A stretch of 64,000 nt of DNA from a virus (IMGVR_UViG_3300050343_000122:49503-113502), one strand, 5' to 3'; counted from the stretch's first letter, positions 8,718-18,702 are shown. Numbers and translations: made by a program. Notes: generated from the letters alone by a model not told the origin.

Positions 8718-11300
8718 TTAGCTTTTCTTTCTTCCTTTTGCGTTCTCTTTTGCTACAGCTAGATCATTTGCTTGATTGTCACGAGCTAGTTTTATTTTGT
8801 CTCGTTCAAGTTGTAGTTTCTGCTGTGATAAAGAGTTTCTATTGTTGATCTCTGCCATCTTTCCTTCAAACTCTTTATTTGCTTTGTTTGTTTCTGCTGA
8901 CAGTTTAGATAGTTCTATTATATCAGGAGCACCTGAGTTATCAATGTCAGCCCCTACACCTTGTGGATCTTTAGCCATAGCATTAATAAGAGCTATCTCT
9001 TTTTTATTAACTCTATCAAGTTCATTTTGTCTATCTGCATTAGCTTGATCTTGCAACTTCATTTGGGCAGCTTGTTGTAATGCAGCCTGGGCTTGTTGTT
9101 GTTGAGCCTCTTGCTGTTGTTGCTGCATTTGAAGTTGTTGTTGTTGTTGAGCATCCATCTTATCTCTGAGATCCTTAAATGTTTTCTTCATCTCTCTCAT
9201 TGATTTGGTGCTGTATAATTCTATTACATCATAAAGCGTACCACCGTTTTGAATAACTGCTTGTGATAATTGTCTAAGCTCATTAAACATTTGAGTGTCT
9301 TCAGGTCTATTAGTTAAGAATACTTGAAGATCACGTAATGATAGGTCTGTACCGTTAACTTGCACAAATGCAGACTCACCTTCATTAGTTATATATGATA
9401 ATGTAGATTGTGGTTTCTGACTTTCTATATATAGAGCTGAATCTACAATTGCTTGATATAATTGTCCTGTTACATACTCATGAGCAACGAATAGAGGCTC
9501 TGTCTGAGAGTAACTCTGTTGCATTGCTGTGTTTGTAGCTGTGGCTGTTTCTGATGCAGCTATAGATCCCATACGTTGTTTCGACATACCAATGAGCTCC
9601 CAACATTCTACTTTCATTTGTTGTGCTAGGGTATATCTTGATTGTATTTCCTGTGTACGTGTAAGATCTAGTGATGTGAACTGGTTAAATGAACTTGGAG
9701 CTTTTAAGTTCTCTGGACTATCATCTACAAATACTACACCCCTATTTCTTGCTTCCATTTCCCACATCTCTAATGCATCTTGTGAGTCTCCATCTTTAGG
9801 AATAGGAATGTGGCGTAAAGACATAAGCTGAACTTTACCCATCTCCTTCTCTAGTAACTTATATAATTGATTCATGCAAACATTATAGATAACCTGAAAA
9901 GGTTTCATTAAGTCTACTAAAGATTTAGCTTCTGTATTCTTCTGCTCATAAACTGTACCTATAATAGGACAGTAGTCTAGTAGTTTATAAGGTTTAACAT
10001 GATAGATGTCTGCACCTATTTTAATTCCTTGATACCATTGATTTACCCATCCCCACTCTAGTGAGATTTGTGTAGGCATCATACCATTCTTGTAATTTTC
10101 ATCTACAAGTGTAGATTGTTCATTACCTAGTTCGTCTAAATATATAAGTCTACCAATTTTCTTTTTAGAAACCCAATAGCTTCTGAGAACTACATACTTG
10201 TATCCAAACGCTGACACATTATTAGTTAGACCTAAAAAGTCTCTCAACCCATCATCGTTCTCCTTCATTTCAGACTCTATAATCATACGTGTCTGTAATA
10301 CTAAAGGATCATAAGTATCGTAAGTAATAGAATCAGCACCTGGTGTAACATCTGGATTAGTAAGGTTAGATTCTGAAACATTTAACAGTCCATAGTTTTC
10401 AAGAGATGATCTTAAGTGATCAATCTCTTCTTTAGTTAGTTCTGGAACTGCTTCAATTATTTCTGATAGCTCCATTACTTCTACTGTACCTGCAGCATAT
10501 GCTCCTTGTTTTCTACCTGTAGGATCAGATATATACTTCTTATTAGGTGTAGTTAAATACCAAGTATTTCTAGGATTACATACTTCTATGTTATATCCTG
10601 CCTTAGAGTTATCTTCATAAATGTGATAGAATTGACGTGCAGATATTAGAAGGTCTCTAAATGCTTCCTCTGACTTTTCTTTCATATTAAAGTCTGCTTT
10701 CTGTGCAGTAAGGACATGGTTGGCCCACTTTTCTGCTACAGAGGTGTAACTATCAAGTTGATCTTTTACTTGATCAAATGTAAGTTTCTCTAAATCTTCT
10801 TGACTTATTTCTTCTCCAGCAATGGATGCTTTTTGAACAACTTGTTCTTTTACTTTTCCTACAACGTACGCTTTTAATGTGTCTGTTTTAAATTGTAGCT
10901 CCTGAGCTTGACTGTCATCATCAAATGCCTTCACTCTAAATGAATCAGGACGTTTTGATATCTCACCTACAAGTTCGTTTACTGGAGTAGTTACAATAGA
11001 ATACATCTTTACATAAGCAGGTAAGTCTGCATCTGAAACTAATTGATCTGTAAAGCTTCTTACTTCTGGCTCCTGATAAAAATCTTCTCTACGAAGAATT
11101 CCTTTCATTAGATCATAGTTCTTTACAAACGTATCCCTATTTCTTATATACATTGCATATGCTTGATTTGCAAAGTAGTCCATTGTGTTCTTAACCCAAC
11201 TGTCATCTTGTTTCTGCTTCTCAGTTTTAAACTGATCAGGAAATATATTTAAGTACGCATACTTAACTGTTGAATCGTTTGAATATCTTATAATTGCCAT
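8718..11300 (-). CDS. Portal protein
   Basis: 860 aa directly after TerL; ELIGMSKQRMG...ETAT motif and Gln-rich coiled-coil C-terminus typical of P22/crAss-like portals. Confidence 0.85.
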   Translation of the reverse strand: MAIIRYSNDSTVKYAYLNIFPDQFKTEKQKQDDSWVKNTMDYFANQAYAMYIRNRDTFVKNYDLMKGILRREDFYQEPEVRSFTDQLVSDADLPAYVKMYSIVTTPVNELVGEISKRPDSFRVKAFDDDSQAQELQFKTDTLKAYVVGKVKEQVVQKASIAGEEISQEDLEKLTFDQVKDQLDSYTSVAEKWANHVLTAQKADFNMKEKSEEAFRDLLISARQFYHIYEDNSKAGYNIEVCNPRNTWYLTTPNKKYISDPTGRKQGAYAAGTVEVMELSEIIEAVPELTKEEIDHLRSSLENYGLLNVSESNLTNPDVTPGADSITYDTYDPLVLQTRMIIESEMKENDDGLRDFLGLTNNVSAFGYKYVVLRSYWVSKKKIGRLIYLDELGNEQSTLVDENYKNGMMPTQISLEWGWVNQWYQGIKIGADIYHVKPYKLLDYCPIIGTVYEQKNTEAKSLVDLMKPFQVIYNVCMNQLYKLLEKEMGKVQLMSLRHIPIPKDGDSQDALEMWEMEARNRGVVFVDDSPENLKAPSSFNQFTSLDLTRTQEIQSRYTLAQQMKVECWELIGMSKQRMGSIAASETATATNTAMQQSYSQTEPLFVAHEYVTGQLYQAIVDSALYIESQKPQSTLSYITNEGESAFVQVNGTDLSLRDLQVFLTNRPEDTQMFNELRQLSQAVIQNGGTLYDVIELYSTKSMREMKKTFKDLRDKMDAQQQQQLQMQQQQQEAQQQQAQAALQQAAQMKLQDQANADRQNELDRVNKKEIALINAMAKDPQGVGADIDNSGAPDIIELSKLSAETNKANKEFEGKMAEINNRNSLSQQKLQLERDKIKLARDNQANDLAVAKENAKGRKKS

Positions 11301-13321
11301 TATGAAAAAAGTTTATTTCTTTTTCTACCAAAGAGTCCCCTTGACTCTGTAAATAGAATATTTTTCTTATTTTGTTTACGGAATGATGAAAATCTTTCAT
11401 CTTCTTTTGCACCCACTTTACCTATCATTGGATCTAGTTTCATTGCTAGTCCTACGGCTAATTCAGCTGCAATAATTCGGTCAAAGTTACCTGACTCGTT
11501 ATATTGTATCATTTCTTCAAGCAGTACAGGGTCTAATATTTTAGACATACCTTTTACCTCTGATACTGTTTCTCCTTCTTCATTGGTTTCTGTGTGTACC
11601 ACTTCTTCAGTGTATTTCTTCAAACAACTATGTAAGAAGTCTCGTATCTTTTCTGAAGATCTATGTATACCGTAGTCACGTCTCACGGTAGTATTTGGTA
11701 CTATTTCTTTTAACCACTGTGGTTGTTTTTCTAAATAATGAGCATCTCCTTTGTTAATCATGTAGTCAATAAAGGATATCTCATCATTTTCACACAATGC
11801 TCTTGCATTGTAGTACTTTATTAGGTATCTAGCTTGTTCTTCCCAGGTTTCTTTCTTGTCTGGACGTGCACAATAGCTTGCAACAAACATATCTTGGTAC
11901 TTTTCTCCAGATATAGCATGCATACGCTTATATATGTATACAGAACCTAATGATGAGCTATATGCTGATTTACCCTGTCTATATGGGTCAATACCTGCAA
12001 CATATAAGCCATATGGAGGATTTTCTATAGGAAACTCGTATATAATCACCGGTGCATCCTTCATATCAGTCTGCTTTAGTGGAAAGTTAGTTATAGGAAG
12101 CTTATCTGTAAAATCATGCTTTACTCCTTCTCCATCATCGTATAATATAACAGGTGTACCTGTTTTTTCTTGTTCTGATATTCTGTACTTCTGACGCTTG
12201 GCTGCTTCTATGTCAAATATGTTTGTATCTTCATTCAAGAATATATCATCTACGTCTTGAGGATAATACATCTTTTCTTTTAAGTAAGCAACTCTATCAC
12301 CAGCCTTCTTTAATCTTTCTAGGATATCGTTTGTGATCTCTGTTGCCTTCTCTTCATTTGATACTAGCATAGGGATCTTAGAAAGGGAAGAAGACTTTTC
12401 TTTATTTAAGAAACTACCTAATGTAGATTCTTCTTTTGCCTCCATTCTATATTTATGTGATATGAATAATCCATGGATACGCTTCTCATCTTTTTGGTTA
12501 TTGTACGTAAGAAAGTTAAAATTATCTACGTCAAACATTAATGACTTTGCATCCATAAACATTTTCATGTCACCACCTGTACCTGTAAGAATGGGACTAC
12601 ATCCCCATCCAAAAGGTGTGGTAAATCCTGGTATTGCAGCTTGTAAGCCACGTAAGAAGTTACCTTTACCTATCTCATCAATAATAAGTCTACGAGGTTT
12701 TGTACCTGCAATAGCTTCTTCATTATTACCTCCATCCAAGTTACGAATAAGGATCTGTGAGAATGGTATTCTTGTACCAGATTTAGTTTTTATACCAAGT
12801 GTTACTTGATTTTTCCAGTTATCTTCTACTCTTTGCCATCTCCATTCTTTTGGTAAAAAGTTTAAACCTTTATCAATCTTATCTGTAATCAACTTTATAT
12901 CAGGTGCATTCAAACCTGCAATAATGTTTTGAGAGTTTTCATCAAAGGTAGCACCATGACCAATATAACTAGCTTCTATCACTGACTTAGCAAAACGTCT
13001 AATTCCTAATATCACTAGACCTTTCTTTTCTTTGTGAGCTCTATCTATCTCATTAGTTACCAACCACTCATTGTCACGTAATAATGGATTTGAATACTTT
13101 TGATTAATCCTACCGTACTCATCAATTATATCTACCTCTGTGTGCCAGAAGTTTAAGTGCCAATATAAGAATGGATTTATATATGTACCATCTACTGTAC
13201 ATCCATTCATACACACCTCCTTATGAAAATCAAAAAATGCTTTATGCTCTTCTGAGTCTGGATCTGGAATTCGTTTCTGATTTATAAACCACTCAGAGTA
13301 TTGCAAGTTTTGATAATCCAT
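11300..13321 (-). CDS. terL: Terminase large subunit
   Basis: RRFAKS Walker A variant, LIIDEIG Walker B, TGT coupling motif, RNase H nuclease AGIDPY and NFDR. Confidence 0.9.
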   Translation of the reverse strand: MDYQNLQYSEWFINQKRIPDPDSEEHKAFFDFHKEVCMNGCTVDGTYINPFLYWHLNFWHTEVDIIDEYGRINQKYSNPLLRDNEWLVTNEIDRAHKEKKGLVILGIRRFAKSVIEASYIGHGATFDENSQNIIAGLNAPDIKLITDKIDKGLNFLPKEWRWQRVEDNWKNQVTLGIKTKSGTRIPFSQILIRNLDGGNNEEAIAGTKPRRLIIDEIGKGNFLRGLQAAIPGFTTPFGWGCSPILTGTGGDMKMFMDAKSLMFDVDNFNFLTYNNQKDEKRIHGLFISHKYRMEAKEESTLGSFLNKEKSSSLSKIPMLVSNEEKATEITNDILERLKKAGDRVAYLKEKMYYPQDVDDIFLNEDTNIFDIEAAKRQKYRISEQEKTGTPVILYDDGEGVKHDFTDKLPITNFPLKQTDMKDAPVIIYEFPIENPPYGLYVAGIDPYRQGKSAYSSSLGSVYIYKRMHAISGEKYQDMFVASYCARPDKKETWEEQARYLIKYYNARALCENDEISFIDYMINKGDAHYLEKQPQWLKEIVPNTTVRRDYGIHRSSEKIRDFLHSCLKKYTEEVVHTETNEEGETVSEVKGMSKILDPVLLEEMIQYNESGNFDRIIAAELAVGLAMKLDPMIGKVGAKEDERFSSFRKQNKKNILFTESRGLFGRKRNKLFS

Positions 13322-13650
13322 TAATCTCTAGTTTTTAGAAAATCTTCAGCCATACTACCTAGTGCTGCACCTCCTCTTGTTTCCACTTTTTTAACTTCCT
13401 TCTCACGAAGATTGTCTACCTGACCTAATAAGGCTAAGTAGTTTTTCATGGTATCTTGTATAAATTTACCTTGTGATTCAATAGAAGCTACAACCATAGG
13501 TATAGATCCACCATTTGCAGTTTGCTTATACTCTATCCTGTCTTTTAAAGATGGAAGAGGGTTTGCATCTACATAAGCTTTCCATTGGACCAACTGTTGT
13601 TCAGCCCAATCTAATTCTGCATTTATGTATGTAGTTTTCTTTACTGGCAT
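13321..13650 (-). CDS. Small helical protein, possible terminase small subunit
   Basis: Translationally coupled to TerL; position only. Confidence 0.4.
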   Translation of the reverse strand: MPVKKTTYINAELDWAEQQLVQWKAYVDANPLPSLKDRIEYKQTANGGSIPMVVASIESQGKFIQDTMKNYLALLGQVDNLREKEVKKVETRGGAALGSMAEDFLKTRD

Positions 13651-13657
13651 TCATTTT

Positions 13658-13906
13658 TTATTTACCTATTGACATTCCGTCTTCTATAATTTTGTTTAAA
13701 TCAAAATTATCATCAAGTAACTCCACTGCATCCAGTTTAGCTTGGTAGTCATTTAGGAGATTATAAAACTTTTTATCTGAGATAGACCATACATCTTCTC
13801 CATCTAATGCTGTGGCAATATGTTTGCCTATGTTCATTTTAGGGTGAGTCTTTTTAAGCAGGTCTATAATATTAATTATCTTTTGTACGTACATTGGTTT
13901 AATCAA
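13658..13906 (-). CDS. Hypothetical protein
   Basis: 82-aa ORF overlapping its upstream neighbour. Confidence 0.6.
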   Translation of the reverse strand: MIKPMYVQKIINIIDLLKKTHPKMNIGKHIATALDGEDVWSISDKKFYNLLNDYQAKLDAVELLDDNFDLNKIIEDGMSIGK

Positions 13907-14189
13907 TTAGGTCATTTATATCTTCGTCTGATATAGGGGGTAAATTTTCTTCGTAATCTTGTTCAGTAACCATATACTCTGGATCAGTGTCATACATTTT
14001 GTTTTCTTCTGTTTCTTGATCGACATAGTACTCAGGTTTAACTGTAATCTTAATCATGTCTTGATCTGAGTCAGTTGGTTCACCTTCTATATCTATAAAG
14101 TCTGCACCATCATCATATATCTTCTTAAGCATATCTATTAATGCCATAATAGACACTTTTCTTAGTTTTGTAAATCTCTTTGCACTCAT
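13899..14189 (-). CDS. Acidic hypothetical protein
   Basis: 96-aa ORF, coupled overlaps. Confidence 0.6.
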   Translation of the reverse strand: MSAKRFTKLRKVSIMALIDMLKKIYDDGADFIDIEGEPTDSDQDMIKITVKPEYYVDQETEENKMYDTDPEYMVTEQDYEENLPPISDEDINDLID

Positions 14190-14488
14190 AACTCATATTC
14201 TTCAATTACATCTTGTTGTTCATCATTTAACACTGCCAACCATTTGTGTATAGGGCATTCGCAAGATAGGCATTTTGTTTTAGCTGACAAAGTACAACCG
14301 CAACTAACACAATGTGCATCCGGTCTAACCACTTTATGATTCTTTGAATGGTTAGGACAATCTTCACATATGGCCATGCGTTCTGCACTCACCAAGTCTA
14401 TCTGCTCCACCATATCGGCATCAGGGAGTAGCTTATTCTTCCATCCTTCGTATATCTGACCTACGTTGATTTTTAGATTTTTATACAT
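14186..14488 (-). CDS. Cys-rich Zn-binding protein
   Basis: R..ICEDCP...CVSCGC...KT.C.SCECP..KW. Confidence 0.7.
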   Translation of the reverse strand: MYKNLKINVGQIYEGWKNKLLPDADMVEQIDLVSAERMAICEDCPNHSKNHKVVRPDAHCVSCGCTLSAKTKCLSCECPIHKWLAVLNDEQQDVIEEYEL

Positions 14489-14841
14489 TAGTCCTGTAGT
14501 TTTGGTTTTATAGAATTCAATGTTAAGTTGAGATTGCTAAGTTTACTCTTTATCACATCTAACTTTTTTGTTGGCAATGTACCTTCGGCTAGTTGCTGTT
14601 CGTAAACTTTTTTTATTTTTTCTAACTTCTCAACATGCCTGTCGGCCTTGGATTTGTTAAATATGAACTTTCCAAATCCGGAAATTTCTACACTGTTGTT
14701 TGTCTTTGTAGCATCTTCAGCAGAATTAAACTGATGTGTAATCACTTGACTGATCACTCTTTCACTCACTACTAGACCCACTGCCATCTTCTTCACTATA
14801 TGTTCTCTCAGTGTCGTTACTGTCTTGTCTATCTTCTTCAT
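14488..14841 (-). CDS. HU/IHF-like DNA-binding protein
   Basis: SVEISGFGKF HU/IHF signature. Confidence 0.7.
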   Translation of the reverse strand: MKKIDKTVTTLREHIVKKMAVGLVVSERVISQVITHQFNSAEDATKTNNSVEISGFGKFIFNKSKADRHVEKLEKIKKVYEQQLAEGTLPTKKLDVIKSKLSNLNLTLNSIKPKLQD

Positions 14842-15190
14842 GCTCTAGTTGTATGAACAAATTAATATGCTTATCAAAGTCTAAAACTATTACAGGGTTT
14901 ACCTTCACCTTACTATCTTCTTTGATGAATATACCCACTTTCTTCAGCTTGCTCACTATATTATTGATCGTAGCTGTTGTTGTGTTATACATCTGACAAA
15001 ACTCTGTTCTAGCATTAGCATACGTGATTGTACCTTTTATAGCTGTATAAGCTACCAATTGTATCTCTCGCTCTGTAAGCTTTAAGTTGTTAAGTGCAGA
15101 TAGCAATGAATAGTACTTCTGTGCAAGCTTGTACTTATCACTGTGCTGCATTGCTAGTTTTTGAACTACCTTATTATTCTGTGCTTCCAT
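14762..15190 (-). CDS. Winged-helix DNA-binding protein
   Basis: LTEREIQL...TINNIVSKLKKVGIF..VNP pattern. Confidence 0.6.
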   Translation of the reverse strand: MEAQNNKVVQKLAMQHSDKYKLAQKYYSLLSALNNLKLTEREIQLVAYTAIKGTITYANARTEFCQMYNTTTATINNIVSKLKKVGIFIKEDSKVKVNPVIVLDFDKHINLFIQLEHEEDRQDSNDTERTYSEEDGSGSSSE

Positions 15191-15220
15191 TATTTAGTTA
15201 TATTGGCTTTATACTATATG

Positions 15221-15253
15221 CAAATATATAAAAAAAATATTTGACTTATCAAA
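15221..15253 (-). promoter_or_regulatory. Bacteroidota sigma-70-type promoter for the packaging operon
   Basis: Minus strand TTTG-N21-TATATTTG, 30 nt upstream of ATG 15190. Confidence 0.7.
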
Positions 15254-15538
15254 CTTATCTTTGTAGAAAAGCTATATTATGTATAAACATTCATCGATTC
15301 ACTGGTCCACAGGAGCATCGATAAGAGGAATGCTTAGAATCACTAAGCCCACCCACCCACCAAAGGTATAACATTATATCCCAAAGTTCCAAATTTTTAA
15401 ATGCCCTTTTTCTAAAACACCCTCCCCCCATCGTGTGTGTGCGATAGGAGACCCCTTCCCATTGAAACCCCACTAAAAAAAAGCGTGGTGGGGGTAGTCC
15501 CCCTTTGACAAAACACGTAACACTAAATACATAATACA

Positions 15539-15940
15539 ATGAGTAGTACATTATTAAACTGGAACACCTTTGTTCCAACAGAAAGAGAAGAAATCGGAAT
15601 GGTTGCAGAACTGTGTGGCCCAAATGGAACTTTAAACCTTGTTCCAAGCAACTTTGCTAACCCTGATAAGCGTGTTGTGGTTGTGCTTAAACGTGAGGAC
15701 GGTACATCAACAGCTATCACTTGTTCATCACGAGTTAGTGAGGGTGTTAGAGCCAAGGACATTACTATTAGCAATCTGTTTGGCTTTACTGTTTACAAGC
15801 AAATCAATAGCACAACAGGCGAAGAATACGCTATGATAGGAATGCCTTCAGGTAACTCAACTCTCATCAGCTTTAAGAACGAGGGTGTTGTTGACTATCA
15901 ACCAGAACTTGTTAACACCGATGACTTAGTAGCATTCTAA
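15539..15940 (+). CDS. First plus-strand gene; possible SSB-like beta protein
   Basis: 133 aa, beta-rich, acidic/aromatic tail (TDDLVAF), A-rich leader, followed by a hairpin. Confidence 0.5.
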   Translation: MSSTLLNWNTFVPTEREEIGMVAELCGPNGTLNLVPSNFANPDKRVVVVLKREDGTSTAITCSSRVSEGVRAKDITISNLFGFTVYKQINSTTGEEYAMIGMPSGNSTLISFKNEGVVDYQPELVNTDDLVAF

Positions 15941-15956
15941 TAACTAACCAATAAGA

Positions 15957-15990
15957 GCTTGGAGTGGGAGCAATCTCACTCTAAGTTACT
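15957..15990 (+). other. RNA hairpin with GCAA tetraloop
   Basis: GCTTGGAGTGGGA-GCAA-TCTCACTCTAAGT; 13 bp including G-U pairs that only work on the plus strand. Confidence 0.7.
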
Positions 15991-16168
15991 TATATATAGG
16001 GTGGGAAAGTTAGGGTTGGGCCTTATATAAGGAGAATAACAACAAACAAGGGTAAAGTTGTACATGTTTTACGTGTGTGTGAACACAGTAGTGTACTCAC
16101 TACCCACTTTAAGCCACTTTTTACCACCTTAGAATATATCACACCTATAATATACATATAGCATTAAC

Positions 16169-16309
16169 ATGACAAAAGAAGACAAACTATACAGACAAGG
16201 TAGATCAGAACAACAGTATGAATCTGCTATGATACTTACAACTATCTCCTATATAGGTTTGATAGTTTCCTTTATACTAATACTAATAATAAATACAATA
16301 AGATTATGA
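16169..16309 (+). CDS. 46-aa membrane peptide
   Basis: MTKEDKLYRQGRSEQQYESAMILTTISYIGLIVSFILILIINTIRL; ATGA overlap with the next ORF. Confidence 0.6.
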   Translation: MTKEDKLYRQGRSEQQYESAMILTTISYIGLIVSFILILIINTIRL

Positions 16310-16425
16310 AAACGAAACCAGTAGGAATGGTACATCTAAAAGGTATCAACGATAAAGAGTACGCTAAGTATAAAGCTAAGCTAGATACAAGTAAAGACAA
16401 TCACAACTTAAAGCTACAATTATGA
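16306..16425 (+). CDS. 39-aa basic peptide
   Basis: MKTKPVGMVHLKGINDKEY...; ATGA overlaps at both ends. Confidence 0.55.
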   Translation: MKTKPVGMVHLKGINDKEYAKYKAKLDTSKDNHNLKLQL

Positions 16426-16571
16426 ACCGCAAGATTAAACTACTACCTACAGCATTTCATAAGTTCAGACAGGTTGCATTTGCAGCTGGTCTGTTCTTTA
16501 TATGCAGTATACAAAACTCAGAGTACACTGTTGAAGCAGATGACTCTCAATTAGAACAATTAGGATATTAA
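16422..16571 (+). CDS. 49-aa hypothetical protein
   Basis: MNRKIKLLPTAFHKF...LEQLGY; ATGA-coupled. Confidence 0.6.
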   Translation: MNRKIKLLPTAFHKFRQVAFAAGLFFICSIQNSEYTVEADDSQLEQLGY

Positions 16572-16572
16572 C

Positions 16573-16845
16573 AATAAGGGCTGGACTAACAATCGTGGAT
16601 TCTAGATAACTATAAGTGTAGGTAGTCTAACATGCCAAGTCACTTACCTCAACGCTGCAGGAGAGCAGATGAAAGGTCCTTTATTGAAACAAGCTTAGAG
16701 CAATGAGTCAAGCAATACCACTGACTATTCTGAGATAGTGTCAGCCATTGGACAACTAAAGCATGAGACACATGTATAGTTAGTCAACATTAGATCTACT
16801 AGCGGATCTATAATAAGATGGATAAGCACTCTAAGTTATTTGTTT
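16573..16845 (+). ncRNA. Candidate structured non-coding RNA(s)
   Basis: About 290-nt ORF-free gap with two multi-stem units, each with its own closing stem. Confidence 0.4.
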
Positions 16846-16866
16846 AACTACTAAAAAATCGGAAAG

Positions 16867-17214
16867 ATGAAAACATTACTAATACTACTAATGGTCGTTG
16901 ATGTGTCAGTTACAGCAACGATATATCATGCAGTGCCAGATCAGACAGACAGCACACCATTCATCACAGCATCCAACAAGGTTATCAATAAGGATAATCC
17001 TGGTGCACATAGATGGATTGCAGTGTCTAGAGACTTAGAAGCTTTGGGTTATACATTTGGCACAAGAGTATGTGTTGACAATGCAGGCCCAATGAATGGA
17101 TATTGGGTGGTGCAAGACAGAATGAATAAGAGATGGAAACACAGAATAGACTTTCTAGTTGATGAGTCTATGAAAGGTGGCAAGTGGGAAGACGTAAAAA
17201 TATACATAGAATGA
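16867..17214 (+). CDS. 3D-domain (MltA-B-like) lytic transglycosylase
   Basis: TAT.Y...QTD.TP.ITAS, IAVSRDL, V.DRM, IDF motifs; hydrophobic N-terminus. Confidence 0.8.
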   Translation: MKTLLILLMVVDVSVTATIYHAVPDQTDSTPFITASNKVINKDNPGAHRWIAVSRDLEALGYTFGTRVCVDNAGPMNGYWVVQDRMNKRWKHRIDFLVDESMKGGKWEDVKIYIE

Positions 17215-17444
17215 GATTCAAAAAGACAAGACAAACTATCAAATACAATGGGATCTATTTAGATTGTGTGGGGTACTACGAACCAGGTGAAGCAATGACA
17301 TACGAATATCCAGGTAGCTCAGCTAACTTTGATGTTCATGAGGTGTTTGTTGATTCAACAGATATCATGGATTTACTTGATGATACACAGCTAGAAGAGA
17401 TAGAAGTAGAAGTATTGGATGCTATTGATGATAATGATTGGTAG
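17211..17444 (+). CDS. Acidic hypothetical protein
   Basis: ATGA-coupled start MRFKK; YPG motif. Confidence 0.65.
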   Translation: MRFKKTRQTIKYNGIYLDCVGYYEPGEAMTYEYPGSSANFDVHEVFVDSTDIMDLLDDTQLEEIEVEVLDAIDDNDW

Positions 17445-17554
17445 TTTAATCAGTGAGTGGTGGAGGTCAAGCGTGGAAAAGAAGCGTGCAGGGTTACCGA
17501 GTCCCAACCTCCACTTACTCTTAATAATAAATAAGAACTTTTAAAATAAATACA

Positions 17555-17725
17555 ATGAACAAGCAATACCCAGAAGAAATGACAAGCAACAAGCAGCCAC
17601 ACATAATGTGTCCGGAATGCTTTAAAGGAACTGTAGTGATGAGCTACGCACGTAAAGAGGGAAGCTGTGACAACTGTGGCACAGAGTTTCACCTATTAGC
17701 AGGTAACACATTAAGATATAAATAG
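17555..17725 (+). CDS. Zn-ribbon protein (56 aa)
   Basis: CPEC...CDNCG; hand translated, below the track cutoff. Confidence 0.7.
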   Translation: MNKQYPEEMTSNKQPHIMCPECFKGTVVMSYARKEGSCDNCGTEFHLLAGNTLRYK

Positions 17726-17726
17726 C

Positions 17727-18206
17727 ATGGGAAAAGAAAGAAACTTAGTGTGGATAGCAATAGAGCTTGTTCTTCACCATGACTACGATGAAAAGATACT
17801 ACCAGAAACGTTGTTTATGAACATTCACTATCCTGGTAGTGACAAAGAGTTTGTAGAGGTTTATCCTTTAGGCTCTGCAGCATATAAAGTTTTTGAGAAA
17901 GGTATGATATTACCAGATTCATTTGGATACCCTGTTAAGCCACATATTATTGATGACAATGGAATAACAGTTGTTCATCCTGATGAGATAGGTTATTTTG
18001 ATAACCCAAGAACTGATGATGAGTATGAAATGTTTACAAGTAAGCAGATGAACATCATTTTACAAGACTTTGATGGTATATGTGAATTACTTGTTTATGA
18101 AGATGAACTAGAAGATAACTTTATACAACCTGTATACATAGGTGATGATAGTTTGGTTGTAATAAGAGGACTAACGCCCAATGAAGATGATGATGAGGCG
18201 GACTAA
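17727..18206 (+). CDS. Acidic hypothetical protein
   Basis: 159-aa ORF. Confidence 0.65.
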   Translation: MGKERNLVWIAIELVLHHDYDEKILPETLFMNIHYPGSDKEFVEVYPLGSAAYKVFEKGMILPDSFGYPVKPHIIDDNGITVVHPDEIGYFDNPRTDDEYEMFTSKQMNIILQDFDGICELLVYEDELEDNFIQPVYIGDDSLVVIRGLTPNEDDDEAD

Positions 18207-18216
18207 AAACAATATT

Positions 18217-18456
18217 ATGAGTAAGAAAGAAGAGTTTTATGACTATGTTTGTAACTCGTGTGATGCAAATTATACGAGCAATGAACATGAAACTGAATGT
18301 TTCTATTGTGGTGAAAAGACAATAGTGATTCAGGTTAAAAGGCCAAGTATAATTAGAGTTAGAAAGAAAACAGCACGTCAGGAGCTTGATGAAGCTCTTG
18401 ATGCTATGTCTAGCCCTGATTTTGATTGGGATTACGCAATAAATAAACACAAATGA
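18217..18456 (+). CDS. Zn-ribbon protein
   Basis: CNSC...CFYCG; start refined to MSKKEE. Confidence 0.65.
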   Translation: MSKKEEFYDYVCNSCDANYTSNEHETECFYCGEKTIVIQVKRPSIIRVRKKTARQELDEALDAMSSPDFDWDYAINKHK

Positions 18457-18700
18457 CAAAAGAAATGTTATTAAATAGAATTGAAAAAATAGTAAAAAGA
18501 GTTAGAAACGAAAAAGGACATACAAATGGGCTTTACGTTGCAAGCGAAATACTTAGAGAGATTAACAAACTTAGATAAATATGGGACTACAAGAAAGATC
18601 AAAGAGAAGACAAGCATTTCAGAGATGGATGCTTATGATTAATAATAAATACATTAAAGACGAGAAACAGATGCTAGCAGCATACAAAAAAATCAAATAA
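18453..18700 (+). CDS. Two small basic ORFs (18453-18578 and 18581-18700)
   Basis: MTKEMLLNRIEK... and MGLQERSKRRQAF...; tightly packed. Confidence 0.5.
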
Positions 18701-18702
18701 TT

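Noticed and set aside
9060-9150. Poly-Gln tract in the portal
   Set aside because: Gln-rich coiled-coil tails are common in this portal type
15291-15836. Track ORFs 15291-15647, 15523-15774 and 15639-15836
   Set aside because: They overlap the better-supported 15539-15940 gene or the regulatory region and lack protein-like composition
15940-17520. tRNA genes
   Set aside because: No cloverleaf with a T-loop GTTC motif found by eye; tRNAscan-SE would be decisive
17555-17725. Possible ribozyme in the apparent gap
   Set aside because: Explained by a Zn-ribbon ORF; no hammerhead core found
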